Positions 56,352 to 64,000 of a stretch of DNA of 64,000 nucleotides are shown one piece after another. Source of the DNA: Verrucomicrobiia bacterium. GTDB taxonomy: Bacteria; Verrucomicrobiota; Verrucomicrobiia; Limisphaerales; Palsa-1400. Position 1 is the first letter of the stretch. Each line of letters starts with the position of its first letter. A model generated the notes under the pieces. It had not been told where the DNA came from. It was given only the letters and a program-made list of their open reading frames with translations, and searched no databases. The stretch covers positions 12,902 through 76,901 of the forward strand of contig DASXZW010000104.1 in the NCBI GenBank assembly GCA_036501665.1. The letters are read 5' to 3'. A program made the translations under genes and the position numbers.

Positions 56352-58619
56352 ATGCTGAGCGACAGCGCCCCCTCCGGCAAAGGGAGCTCCGCCGATGCTG
56401 CCAGGGAGCGCATCGAACAAGGACCACTCCCAGTTTGGGCGGTGCCGTGTACATTTGCCCCCGATTTCAAGCCGGATTTGCCCGCGCAAGTGACCCATTT
56501 GCTGTTTGACCAACAGTTGCACTCCGAAAAGCACCTCGAATACAACCACATAGCCATCCGCCTCGAAACCGTCCAGGCCGTCCGCCGCGAATCCGAATGG
56601 CGCATCGAAATCGACCCACGTCACCAGAAGATCACCGTCCATTTCATCAAGGTTCATCGCGCTGGCCAGCAATTCGATCAAACGCGCCTCAACCACCTCC
56701 ATCCCGCCTCCGCAGCAACCGACGGCCGACAAACGTTACTGTTGCTTCTCGAAGACGTGCGACCCGGCGATATTATCGAGTGGGCGTACACCCTCGAAGC
56801 GCGTCCGGCCATCATGGCGGATCATTGCGCCCATTTTTTCAAACTCCCTGAAAAGTCTTCGCTTGGAAAAATGTTCCTTTCCGTGCGCTTCAATGAATCG
56901 CGCCCGATGAAATGGAAATCTTCCGCCAAGGATTTGGCCCCGAACGAGACGCGCGCCAACGGCGAAGTCCATTGGGTTTGGACACGCGAAAACCTCCCCG
57001 CCGCGATACCCGAAGACAACGCGCCGGAACGGCATCTTGCCGGACCGTGGATGCAAGTATCGGATTGCGCCGATTGGCAGACTGTTGCCGCGGACTTTGC
57101 AAAGGCTTGGAACGAAGACGAAGAAGACGCCGCCATAAAAGCAATTGCCTCTGAACTTGCCGCTGGCTCGCCCGAATTGCTGGGTCAAGCCGAAAAGGCG
57201 ATCCACATGGTGCAGGACGAATATCGCCACTTGGATGAGGATGTGGAACTCGAAGGCGCACCGCCAGCCAGGCCGGGGATCGTCGCGCGGCGTAGATTCG
57301 GCAATGCCAAAGACCTTTCCTTCGTGCTGGTCCAATTGCTGCGCGGCCTGGGAATGAGCGCTCGCCTCGTCCTTGTAAATACGAAGTTGCAGAAATCGGT
57401 GTCAGACTTTCTTCCCGATCCCGGTTTATTCAACCACGTCGTTGTTGAATTTGAATTGAGCGGCCAGCGGCGTTGGATCGATGCGACCACCAAGGGGCAG
57501 GGAGGCGGCTTGCTGAACCGTGTCATTCGCGATTATGGCGTCGGTCTTCCCATTTCCAAAACCTCGTCCGGATTGATTCCCGCTCCGCCGCCAATAGTTT
57601 CGGCAAGCGCTTTTGAGATCAAGGAAGTCATTCTGTTGGACACTGCTGAGTCCTCGTCCTTGCTGGGAGTCGTCGTATCCGCGCGCGGCAGCTATGCCGA
57701 GGACCTTCACCGTGAATTTGAGAGCAAAGGCGTCGAAGCTGTCTCCAGGGAGCGATTAGTTTCGGCGAATGAGCGATTTGTATCCGCCACGAGAGTCGGG
57801 CCGCTCCAGTATCGCGACGACCGGAAGTCGAACGAGTTCTTTCTGGCAGAGATTTTTGAAATTCGGAAGTTCCTCAAATCCGGCGGAAAACCCGGATTGT
57901 TTCAACTCGAGGTAACTGACAACCCCGTGCTGGGTCTCCTCAAGACTCCGCCCTCGGCCGACCGGCGTTCCCCTCTGGCGATTCTGTTTCCGTGCGATGC
58001 CGTGCATACGTTCGAGGTTTATTGCGTGGCTCTCGCGCCCGGGGTTTCGCCAGAAAAGACGATTGACAATTCTTGGCTCCAATTCACCCTGAATCGCAAA
58101 TTGCTGGCCGGAAATTGGGTCTTTCAATCGTCGCTTTGGACATTGACCGACGAGGTTCCGCCCAGTTCGATGGAAGAATATCAGGAAACGGTGCAGGAAA
58201 TCCGGGCCCAATCGGCGTGGTCGCTGTTGGTGCCGGCTGGAATTCAACGCCCGCACCAACGAAATGATTTTGGAACGCTGCCGCCTTCCTGGGAAAGCGC
58301 GGGAGCCGAAAAGAGAACGCCCTTGAAACCAACGCACGACACCAATCAGGATTCGCCAGGCAACGGCAATGACCAACCTTCCGCGACGCCCACCGGACAA
58401 TCCGGTTTTGTCGGCCATACCGGCGAAGTCCGATACAAACGGAGAAAGCGGCATCGACGCAAGCGCCGCGACAGCAAGTACACGTTGATTTGGGGAGCAA
58501 TTGTGGCAGGCCTGATGTTGGTGGGTCTCATTTTCCTGATTATCGCGCTGGCGCGCGGAGCGGAAAAAGCAGTTCCCGAGAAGCAAGCGCTGCCCACTCC
58601 GCCTGCCGTCCAGCAATAA
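56352..58619 (+). CDS. DUF3857 + transglutaminase-like-core protein with C-terminal poly-basic stretch and TM anchor
   Basis: The first ATG is at 56352 (the track starts at the TTG at 56316). Transglutaminase-core-like segment: RRRFGNAKDLSFVLVQLLRGLGMSARLVLVNT ... FNHVVVEFELSGQRRWIDAT. C-terminus: YKRRKRHRRKRRDSKYTLIWGAIVAGLMLVGLIFLIIAL. Confidence 0.7.
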   Translation: MLSDSAPSGKGSSADAARERIEQGPLPVWAVPCTFAPDFKPDLPAQVTHLLFDQQLHSEKHLEYNHIAIRLETVQAVRRESEWRIEIDPRHQKITVHFIKVHRAGQQFDQTRLNHLHPASAATDGRQTLLLLLEDVRPGDIIEWAYTLEARPAIMADHCAHFFKLPEKSSLGKMFLSVRFNESRPMKWKSSAKDLAPNETRANGEVHWVWTRENLPAAIPEDNAPERHLAGPWMQVSDCADWQTVAADFAKAWNEDEEDAAIKAIASELAAGSPELLGQAEKAIHMVQDEYRHLDEDVELEGAPPARPGIVARRRFGNAKDLSFVLVQLLRGLGMSARLVLVNTKLQKSVSDFLPDPGLFNHVVVEFELSGQRRWIDATTKGQGGGLLNRVIRDYGVGLPISKTSSGLIPAPPPIVSASAFEIKEVILLDTAESSSLLGVVVSARGSYAEDLHREFESKGVEAVSRERLVSANERFVSATRVGPLQYRDDRKSNEFFLAEIFEIRKFLKSGGKPGLFQLEVTDNPVLGLLKTPPSADRRSPLAILFPCDAVHTFEVYCVALAPGVSPEKTIDNSWLQFTLNRKLLAGNWVFQSSLWTLTDEVPPSSMEEYQETVQEIRAQSAWSLLVPAGIQRPHQRNDFGTLPPSWESAGAEKRTPLKPTHDTNQDSPGNGNDQPSATPTGQSGFVGHTGEVRYKRRKRHRRKRRDSKYTLIWGAIVAGLMLVGLIFLIIALARGAEKAVPEKQALPTPPAVQQ

Positions 58620-58649
58620 AGCGCTCTAAACGCAAGCCGACTTTCCCGC

Positions 58650-59048
58650 TCAGGGATATTGGCGGCGATAGTTTAGCAGTGTGTCAATAGGAGTTTTGGC
58701 ATTCGCAGAGGTTCCGGTTGGCCTTTGTTCCAGCGAACTTCCTTCATTTCCGATGGCTATTTCCTGGCCTCCTGCATCCGATAAAATAGATTTGACAAAA
58801 GTCGCCCCTTCCGAATCATCCGCATGTACCGAGATGGCGATGCTTCCAGTTTTTTCCGGGAGCCGAACCTTGATTTCATTATCCGCAAAACCGGCTTCCA
58901 TCAGATCGACGATAATCGTCTCGGCTTCAAATTCATCAATTGCGGTGCAGAAAACTTCCATGCTCAAACCATCCTGTCTTTTAAATTGCGACCAGAGTGC
59001 GCCGGCCAATTCATCAATTACCAAACCAGAAATCGGAAGCGCTGGCAA
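58650..59048 (-). CDS. Hypothetical acidic protein
   Basis: 132-aa ORF with coding-like composition. I recognise no family. Confidence 0.45.
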   Translation of the reverse strand: MPALPISGLVIDELAGALWSQFKRQDGLSMEVFCTAIDEFEAETIIVDLMEAGFADNEIKVRLPEKTGSIAISVHADDSEGATFVKSILSDAGGQEIAIGNEGSSLEQRPTGTSANAKTPIDTLLNYRRQYP

Positions 59049-59056
59049 TTAGTGTG

Positions 59057-59081
59057 AAACCCGTTTGCGCCTTGCGGGTTT
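59057..59081. terminator. Hairpin AAACCCG-(11 nt)-CGGGTTT directly after the tsaC/sua5 stop
   Basis: Read directly. The flanking T/A runs are short, so the terminator call is weak. Confidence 0.3.
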
Positions 59082-60098
59082 TCATGGAGTCGATTGGGCC
59101 GCCCGCGAAAACCGGTCAGCAATTCCCCGCCACTCCCGGCCATCCGGCACAGCTTCAACGACGATCAGTTCCGCGCCCGCCTCATCGCACTGGTGAAGTT
59201 CAGCGTAAATCGCCCGCGCATAAGCTTCGGCGTCGTGAGGAATGACCGCGACTCTGCCAAATTTCCCGCCCAACGGAATATGCGTGTGCGCCACGACATG
59301 AATTTTCTCGAGTGGGAACCCCTTATCTGCAACACGCGCCAAAAGCGCTTTCTCGTCTGCCCAGGCCGCGACAATTAACATCGCTTTTGGCGAATAATGT
59401 CGCGGCAGCAAGCCGGGACTACGCAATTTCCCAACAGCCCCAGCGTCAGTTTCGAGGCCGCCCGCCCCAATGACTCCAAGCAGCGATTCCGCGTGAATCA
59501 TTCCCGGTCGCAGCAGACGCGGAGGCGAACACGAAATGTCCAGCACTGTCGATTCAATTCCCACTTGCGACTGGCTTCCGTCAATAATAAGAGGAATTTT
59601 TGTTCCGAGACTTTTTCGGACGTGTTCGGCATTGGTTGGAGAAAGCTCATTGGCGCGGTTTGCGCTCGGCGCAGCGAGGGGAAAACCGCAGGCGGCAATC
59701 ACCGCTTGAATGAATGGATGGCTCGGCCAGCGCACGCCAACGGTCACGCCACCCGCCGTCACAATAGACGGAATTTCCGGGGAGCGCGGCAATACCAGCG
59801 TCAATGGCCCCGGCCAAAATGCCGCCGCCATTTTACTTGCCAGAGGAGGCCAATCCGACACACAGCGCCGCGCCAAATCGATCCCCGCCACATGGACGAT
59901 AATGGGATTCTCCGCCGGTCGCCCCTTGATTTCGTAAATGCGCCGGACCGCATCCGCATTCCAGGCGTTTGCGGCGAGGCCATAAACCGTTTCCGTCGGA
60001 AGCGCTACCACCTGTCCTGCCCGCAACAGCTCCGCCGCGCGCGCAACGCCCTCGGCAAACAACTTTGCCGTGTGAATTGAAAATACTTCCGAACGCAT
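59082..60098 (-). CDS. tsaC: L-threonylcarbamoyladenylate synthase (Sua5/TsaC, YrdC + Sua5 C-terminal domains)
   Basis: VALPTETVYGLAANAWNADAVRRIYEIKGRPAENPIIVHV ... LAAPSANRANELSPT. At 338 aa it includes the Sua5 C-terminal domain. Confidence 0.9.
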   Translation of the reverse strand: MRSEVFSIHTAKLFAEGVARAAELLRAGQVVALPTETVYGLAANAWNADAVRRIYEIKGRPAENPIIVHVAGIDLARRCVSDWPPLASKMAAAFWPGPLTLVLPRSPEIPSIVTAGGVTVGVRWPSHPFIQAVIAACGFPLAAPSANRANELSPTNAEHVRKSLGTKIPLIIDGSQSQVGIESTVLDISCSPPRLLRPGMIHAESLLGVIGAGGLETDAGAVGKLRSPGLLPRHYSPKAMLIVAAWADEKALLARVADKGFPLEKIHVVAHTHIPLGGKFGRVAVIPHDAEAYARAIYAELHQCDEAGAELIVVEAVPDGREWRGIADRFSRAAQSTP

Positions 60099-60144
60099 CG
60101 AATGGACGCTAGCAAACTTCCTCCGCTCTTCCTACACTTTCCAA

Positions 60145-61200
60145 ATGCTTGAGGCGCTGGCCAGACAACTCGCGGAGAACGAATCGTTGACAGATTCGCA
60201 GGTCTCCAGCGCGGTTGCGGAACTTGCCGATGCCGGCGTTCCAGCCGAACTCAAAGCGGACTTTCTCATGGCTTTGGCCCGAAAAGGGGAAACCGTCACA
60301 GAGCTGGGAGCGTTCGCCAGGGAATTGCGCGCCAGGGCAATTGAACCGCCAATCGACGCCGAGACGCGGTCCCTCCAAATCCTCGATGTCTGCGGCACTG
60401 GCGGCGACCGCCTCAACACTTTCAACATTTCCACGACCGTCGCGATCATCGCAGCGGCGGACGGCGTTCCCGTTGCCAAGCACGGCAATCGCGCCGTCAC
60501 CTCGCAGGCAGGCAGCGCGGATGTTCTTCGCGCGATGGGTGTGAAAATCGACTTGTCACCCGAGGACGCGGCGAGATCATTGCGCGAGCAGCATTTCGCG
60601 TTTTTCTTTGCGCCCGATTATCATCCCGCTTTCAAACAGATCGGTCCCGCCCGTCGCATTTGCAGCGAGCGTGGGCAGAAAACGATTTTCAATTACCTCG
60701 GTCCGCTGCTCAATCCAGCCAAACCCGCGCTTCAACTCATCGGCGTCGCGCATCCGAAACTGTGCCTACCCATCGCCACCGTCCTTCAAACTTTGGAAGT
60801 CCGCCGCGGCATGGTCGTCAGCGGTTCTGTTCCTCCCGAGGGAAGCGCGCCGCGTTTTCTCGACGAGCTGTCAACGTTGGGAGAAAACACGGTTGTCGAA
60901 TTCCACCAGCCGCGCGCGCTGGCGCAATCATCGTTGTTGCCTGAAAATTTTCCGATTCAAGCTGCGACTCTCTCCGACTGGGCTGGAGGCGACAGCCAGG
61001 CGAACGCAAAGATCGTGCGAAAGGTACTCGCGGGAGAAGACCGGGGGCCAAAGCGCGACGCCGTGTTGTTGAACGCCGCCGCTGCTTTATTCGTCGCGGA
61101 AAAAAGCCGGTCGCTGGCCGAAGGCTGGGAACGCGCCGCAGACCTGATCGATTCCGGCAAAGCAATCGCGAAACTCGAAGAGCTTATCGCTTTTCGTTGA
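60145..61200 (+). CDS. trpD: Anthranilate phosphoribosyltransferase
   Basis: LDVCGTGGDRLNTFNISTTVAIIAAADGVPVAKHGNRAVTSQAGSADVL is the TrpD signature. Confidence 0.95.
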   Translation: MLEALARQLAENESLTDSQVSSAVAELADAGVPAELKADFLMALARKGETVTELGAFARELRARAIEPPIDAETRSLQILDVCGTGGDRLNTFNISTTVAIIAAADGVPVAKHGNRAVTSQAGSADVLRAMGVKIDLSPEDAARSLREQHFAFFFAPDYHPAFKQIGPARRICSERGQKTIFNYLGPLLNPAKPALQLIGVAHPKLCLPIATVLQTLEVRRGMVVSGSVPPEGSAPRFLDELSTLGENTVVEFHQPRALAQSSLLPENFPIQAATLSDWAGGDSQANAKIVRKVLAGEDRGPKRDAVLLNAAAALFVAEKSRSLAEGWERAADLIDSGKAIAKLEELIAFR

Positions 61201-61957
61201 ATTCCTTCCGACCGTATTTTGCGGCGCGAAGGTTTTCAGCCAAGTTCTGCAAGGTGACTCTGATCTCCATCGTGTTCCATTTGACGCCGAAGCGCGCTTC
61301 TGCAACCTGGCACATTGCGTCTTCCCAACTTTCCCGCGACAAAGAGATGGGCGGAGGCTGCACCGAACCTTGGATCAGCAATCCATTGCGACTCCGCCGT
61401 TGCGCGGCGCCGGCGATCTTGCGCCCATGCCACAGAAGATCGTCCTTTTCCGCGCCGACAAAACATTGGCCTGGGATTTCTTTTTGACGTTGCGGCGAAA
61501 GCGTAGTGGCCACATTCATCATGCTGAAAGCGTCGCGAAGCCACTCGTGGATGCGTTGATAACTTTCCGTGGCCTTGATGTGATACCACAGATTTTTCGG
61601 CGGGATAACGATGCTGTATGTCCAATCCGCATCGTGCGGAACCAATCCGCCGCCCGTAGGCCGCCGCACCAAGGGCCGCAACATCGTCAACTTTTCGATC
61701 TGGGCATATTCCTGCGAATATCCAAAGCTCGCCGCCGGTTCCGTCCATCCGTAAAATCGCAACACCGGAAATCCCACCTCTGAGGCCGATTCCAGCAACG
61801 CCTCGTCCATCGCCATGTTGTAATCGAAAGCGCACCGTCCCTCGCGCAGAAGTAGCCACTTTGATCGCTCGGCGCTGGCCTGGGGAGCGCGGGCGTCCCC
61901 GCCCGCCGTCTTTGGCGTCTCGCCGAAGACATTCGGAGCTTCGGACGATTCACTCAT
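61184..61957 (-). CDS. Lipoate-protein ligase/octanoyltransferase family protein (BPL_LplA_LipB domain)
   Basis: FDYNMAMDEALLES...VLRFYGW...VRRPTGGGLVPHDADWTYS...GRKIAGAAQRRSRNGLLIQGSV. The ATG at 61957 (MSESSEAPN) avoids overlapping nth. The 3' end overlaps the convergent trpD by 17 nt. Confidence 0.8.
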   Translation of the reverse strand: MSESSEAPNVFGETPKTAGGDARAPQASAERSKWLLLREGRCAFDYNMAMDEALLESASEVGFPVLRFYGWTEPAASFGYSQEYAQIEKLTMLRPLVRRPTGGGLVPHDADWTYSIVIPPKNLWYHIKATESYQRIHEWLRDAFSMMNVATTLSPQRQKEIPGQCFVGAEKDDLLWHGRKIAGAAQRRSRNGLLIQGSVQPPPISLSRESWEDAMCQVAEARFGVKWNTMEIRVTLQNLAENLRAAKYGRKEFNEKR

Positions 61958-62046
61958 TCGTTCCTTGCAAGTTGTGTCGGGATCGTCGGCGAGACGCCGA
62001 CGAAACGCGACCGGGACGGTCGCGCTCCCCAAGCCAAAATACAGAC

Positions 62047-62724
62047 TCACTGCCCATCTCGGTTTTCTTTCAGAATTTTCTGCCCCGTTGGACAATCGCC
62101 AAAAATTTCGCAATGTGCGCAATCAGGATTTCGCGCAAAGCAACGCCGACGTCCATGCCAGATCAGCAAATGGCTTAATACAGTCCACTTGTCCGGCGGA
62201 GTCAGCTTTTGCAAATCCGCCTCGATTTTTTCCGGCGCCTTATGCCGCGTCAAACGCAGCCGCTCCGAAAGCCGCGCCACGTGTGTATCAACAACAATTC
62301 CAACGCTGATATTATAAGCATTACCTAAAACGACGTTGGCCGTCTTGCGTCCGACGCCGGGCAACTCAAGCAATTGCTCCATTGTGCGCGGAACAATCCC
62401 GCGATGTTCTTCGACGAGTTTTCGGCATGCCGCCTGAATATTTTTCGCCTTGTTCCGATAGAGGCCGATGCGCCGAATCGCCGTTTCAAATTCCGCGGCC
62501 GGAGACTGGGCGTAATCTTCGGCACTGCGATATTTTTTGAAAAGGTCAGGCGTGACGATATTGACCTGTTTATCCGTGCATTGCGCGGAAAGAATCGTGG
62601 CGACGAGCAATTGCAGCGGATTCGTATAGGTCAGCTCGCAATGCGCATCAGGATAAGCCGCCTCAAGTCCGCGAATGATTCGCAAAGTCCTCTGCTGCGT
62701 TATTTGAAAGGACTCGCGCGCCAT
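62047..62724 (-). CDS. nth: Endonuclease III
   Basis: HhH-GPD LPGVGRKTANVVLGNAY, catalytic-region VDTHVARLSERL and C-terminal 4Fe-4S Cys cluster CFARNPDCAHCEIFGDC. Confidence 0.95.
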   Translation of the reverse strand: MARESFQITQQRTLRIIRGLEAAYPDAHCELTYTNPLQLLVATILSAQCTDKQVNIVTPDLFKKYRSAEDYAQSPAAEFETAIRRIGLYRNKAKNIQAACRKLVEEHRGIVPRTMEQLLELPGVGRKTANVVLGNAYNISVGIVVDTHVARLSERLRLTRHKAPEKIEADLQKLTPPDKWTVLSHLLIWHGRRRCFARNPDCAHCEIFGDCPTGQKILKENRDGQ

Positions 62725-62776
62725 AGCTGGCTTTTACAGAACAATCAGTTAGCTAGGTCCAACCGGACCGCGCCAA

Positions 62777-64000
62777 TCACTTTTCAAAATTGTCCGTGCG
62801 AAACGGCGATGCGGGCAGTCCGTCTTCGCTCCACAAATTGACGACCGGATAATTGGCCCAACCGAAACGCACCGCGACCGGATGTTGGACTTTTGGGCTG
62901 AACACGACGACTTTGTCTTTGCCTTCAATGTGCGCCACGGCCCAGTGAAATTTCTGGTCTTCACCCGCAATGGCGAAGCCCGTCAAATCGCCGCCGTGCG
63001 AAACCAATCCGCCGCCGACATGGTCGAACTTCACCGTAATGTGCAAATCCTCGATCTTCATTGATCTGTAAGTGGGCGCATAACCTTCGATCGGCTGATG
63101 ATAGGCGATATCATACGCCGCAATTGCCAGACGTTCGCCGACCGGCTTTTTCATCACAGGATGAATATTATGTTCCATGCCGACATCGGTGATGACGGCC
63201 ATCCCGACATTGGGCAGGATTTGCGTCGAATCCATTTGCGCTTCACGCAAGGAAGCCCACGCGCTTTCGCCCGGCTCCTTTTGAATGTCCATGTACGGCG
63301 CGAGCTGAACAAGCAGGAACGGGAAATTTCCCTCGCCCCACTGCGAACGCCAGTCAACAATCAATCCCGGAAACAAAGTGTGATACTGCCAGGCGCGTTC
63401 CTGATTGCCGGCGTTGCTTTCGCCCTGATACCAAATAACTCCGCGCATTCCATAACCGACCAGTGGCGCGATCATCCCGTTGTAAAGCTCCGACGGCGCC
63501 CAAGGACGGCCAGGGGCCTTCGCGGTAAGTTCAGTGTTATTCTCCTTCGCCTTGCGTTTCTCGTCCTCGAAAGCAACAAGTCTCCGGTTGTAACGACCGC
63601 GTTCCACATCCCATTGTTTGAGGACTTCGCTGTGCCAATGCGGATTGTTATCCAGGTAATCGTGATCCATCCACGCCTCCGCCGGCGTTCCTCCCCAATC
63701 AGACTCGATAATTCCAACCGGCACATGCAGGTGCTCCTGGAGGTTTTGCGCAAAATAATATGCGACAGCCGAAAAATTGGCCACGGTCTCTGGTGAAGCT
63801 TCGCTCCAGCTTGCGTTGATGTCGTTCGTCGGCGAATCAAGCCGCGTGTGCGGAATCTTGATGATATGAATCATTGGATTCGCGGCAGACGCAATGTCGC
63901 TCGCGCCAAGAAAAGAATCGCGCAACGGAAATTCCATGTTTGACTGCCCGCTTGCCAGCCAGACTTCGCCGACCAGCACATTCTTAAACTCCAGCGTATT
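62777..64000 (-). CDS. Sialate O-acetylesterase-like (SGNH/DUF303) hydrolase; N-terminus runs off the right edge
   Basis: GEVWLASGQSNMEFPL (catalytic Ser block) and ...GVIWYQGESNA.... The frame stays open upstream of the track start (63979) to position 64000 (..NTLEFKNVLVGEVW..). Confidence 0.8.
   Translation of the reverse strand, partial: NTLEFKNVLVGEVWLASGQSNMEFPLRDSFLGASDIASAANPMIHIIKIPHTRLDSPTNDINASWSEASPETVANFSAVAYYFAQNLQEHLHVPVGIIESDWGGTPAEAWMDHDYLDNNPHWHSEVLKQWDVERGRYNRRLVAFEDEKRKAKENNTELTAKAPGRPWAPSELYNGMIAPLVGYGMRGVIWYQGESNAGNQERAWQYHTLFPGLIVDWRSQWGEGNFPFLLVQLAPYMDIQKEPGESAWASLREAQMDSTQILPNVGMAVITDVGMEHNIHPVMKKPVGERLAIAAYDIAYHQPIEGYAPTYRSMKIEDLHITVKFDHVGGGLVSHGGDLTGFAIAGEDQKFHWAVAHIEGKDKVVVFSPKVQHPVAVRFGWANYPVVNLWSEDGLPASPFRTDNFEK

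Noticed and set aside
61184-61200. Convergent gene overlaps (trpD/lipoate ligase 17 nt; MFS/YyaL 4 nt; MFS/hypothetical 11 nt) as possible regulatory antisense arrangements.
   Set aside because: Short 3'-3' overlaps are common in compact genomes, and nothing in the sequence singles these out.

Overview
This is a 64-kb chromosomal window of moderately high GC. The gene content looks like the PVC superphylum, most likely Verrucomicrobiota; this is an inference from many prepilin-type 'FTLIE' proteins, giant beta-sandwich exoproteins and SBBP and FG-GAP/ASPIC proteins, not from a database hit. Housekeeping genes are interspersed with accessory blocks. The housekeeping set is pyc, fabI, trpD, nth, tsaC/sua5, a lipoate-protein ligase, a YyaL-type thioredoxin protein, two MFS transporters, a NitT/TauT-type ABC importer and an RND efflux operon. 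The accessory blocks are: (1) A visibly AT-richer mosaic island at about 8.7-14.3 kb. It holds a RayT/IS200-like HUH (Y1) transposase gene flanked by inverted 26-28-bp repeats, plus a third repeat copy attached to a remnant of a second rayT 3' end. It also holds three gene fragments, a gene broken by an 8-bp tandem duplication, and a diverged pseudo-copy of the 5' end of the MFS gene that borders the island. (2) A roughly 15.5-kb block on the minus strand. It runs BrnT/BrnA toxin-antitoxin, then five prepilin-type genes in canonical GspG-H-I-J-K order, then a 2326-aa S8 subtilase/P-domain/LamG exoprotein. All five pseudopilins are oversized (the K-like one is up to 1403 aa), three junctions are ATGA overlaps, and no ATPase, platform or secretin gene is in the window. 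I rate this the best candidate for an undescribed system. (3) A 120-bp direct repeat that flanks an FGE(SUMF1)-FKBP fusion gene. One copy is the C-terminal-domain coding region of the giant subtilase; the other is a decayed copy that supplies the last codons of the RND permease. (4) Two back-to-back type II TA modules (Phd-VapC and AbrB/MazE-VapC). (5) A REP-like family with a 5' GTAG plus a 10-bp-arm palindrome: three identical 28-mers and two variants. No rRNA, tRNA or CRISPR array was recognised by eye. The ORF track lists only complete ORFs with the longest alternative starts, so two edge-truncated genes (1..3218 and 62777..64000) and many start codons were re-derived manually.
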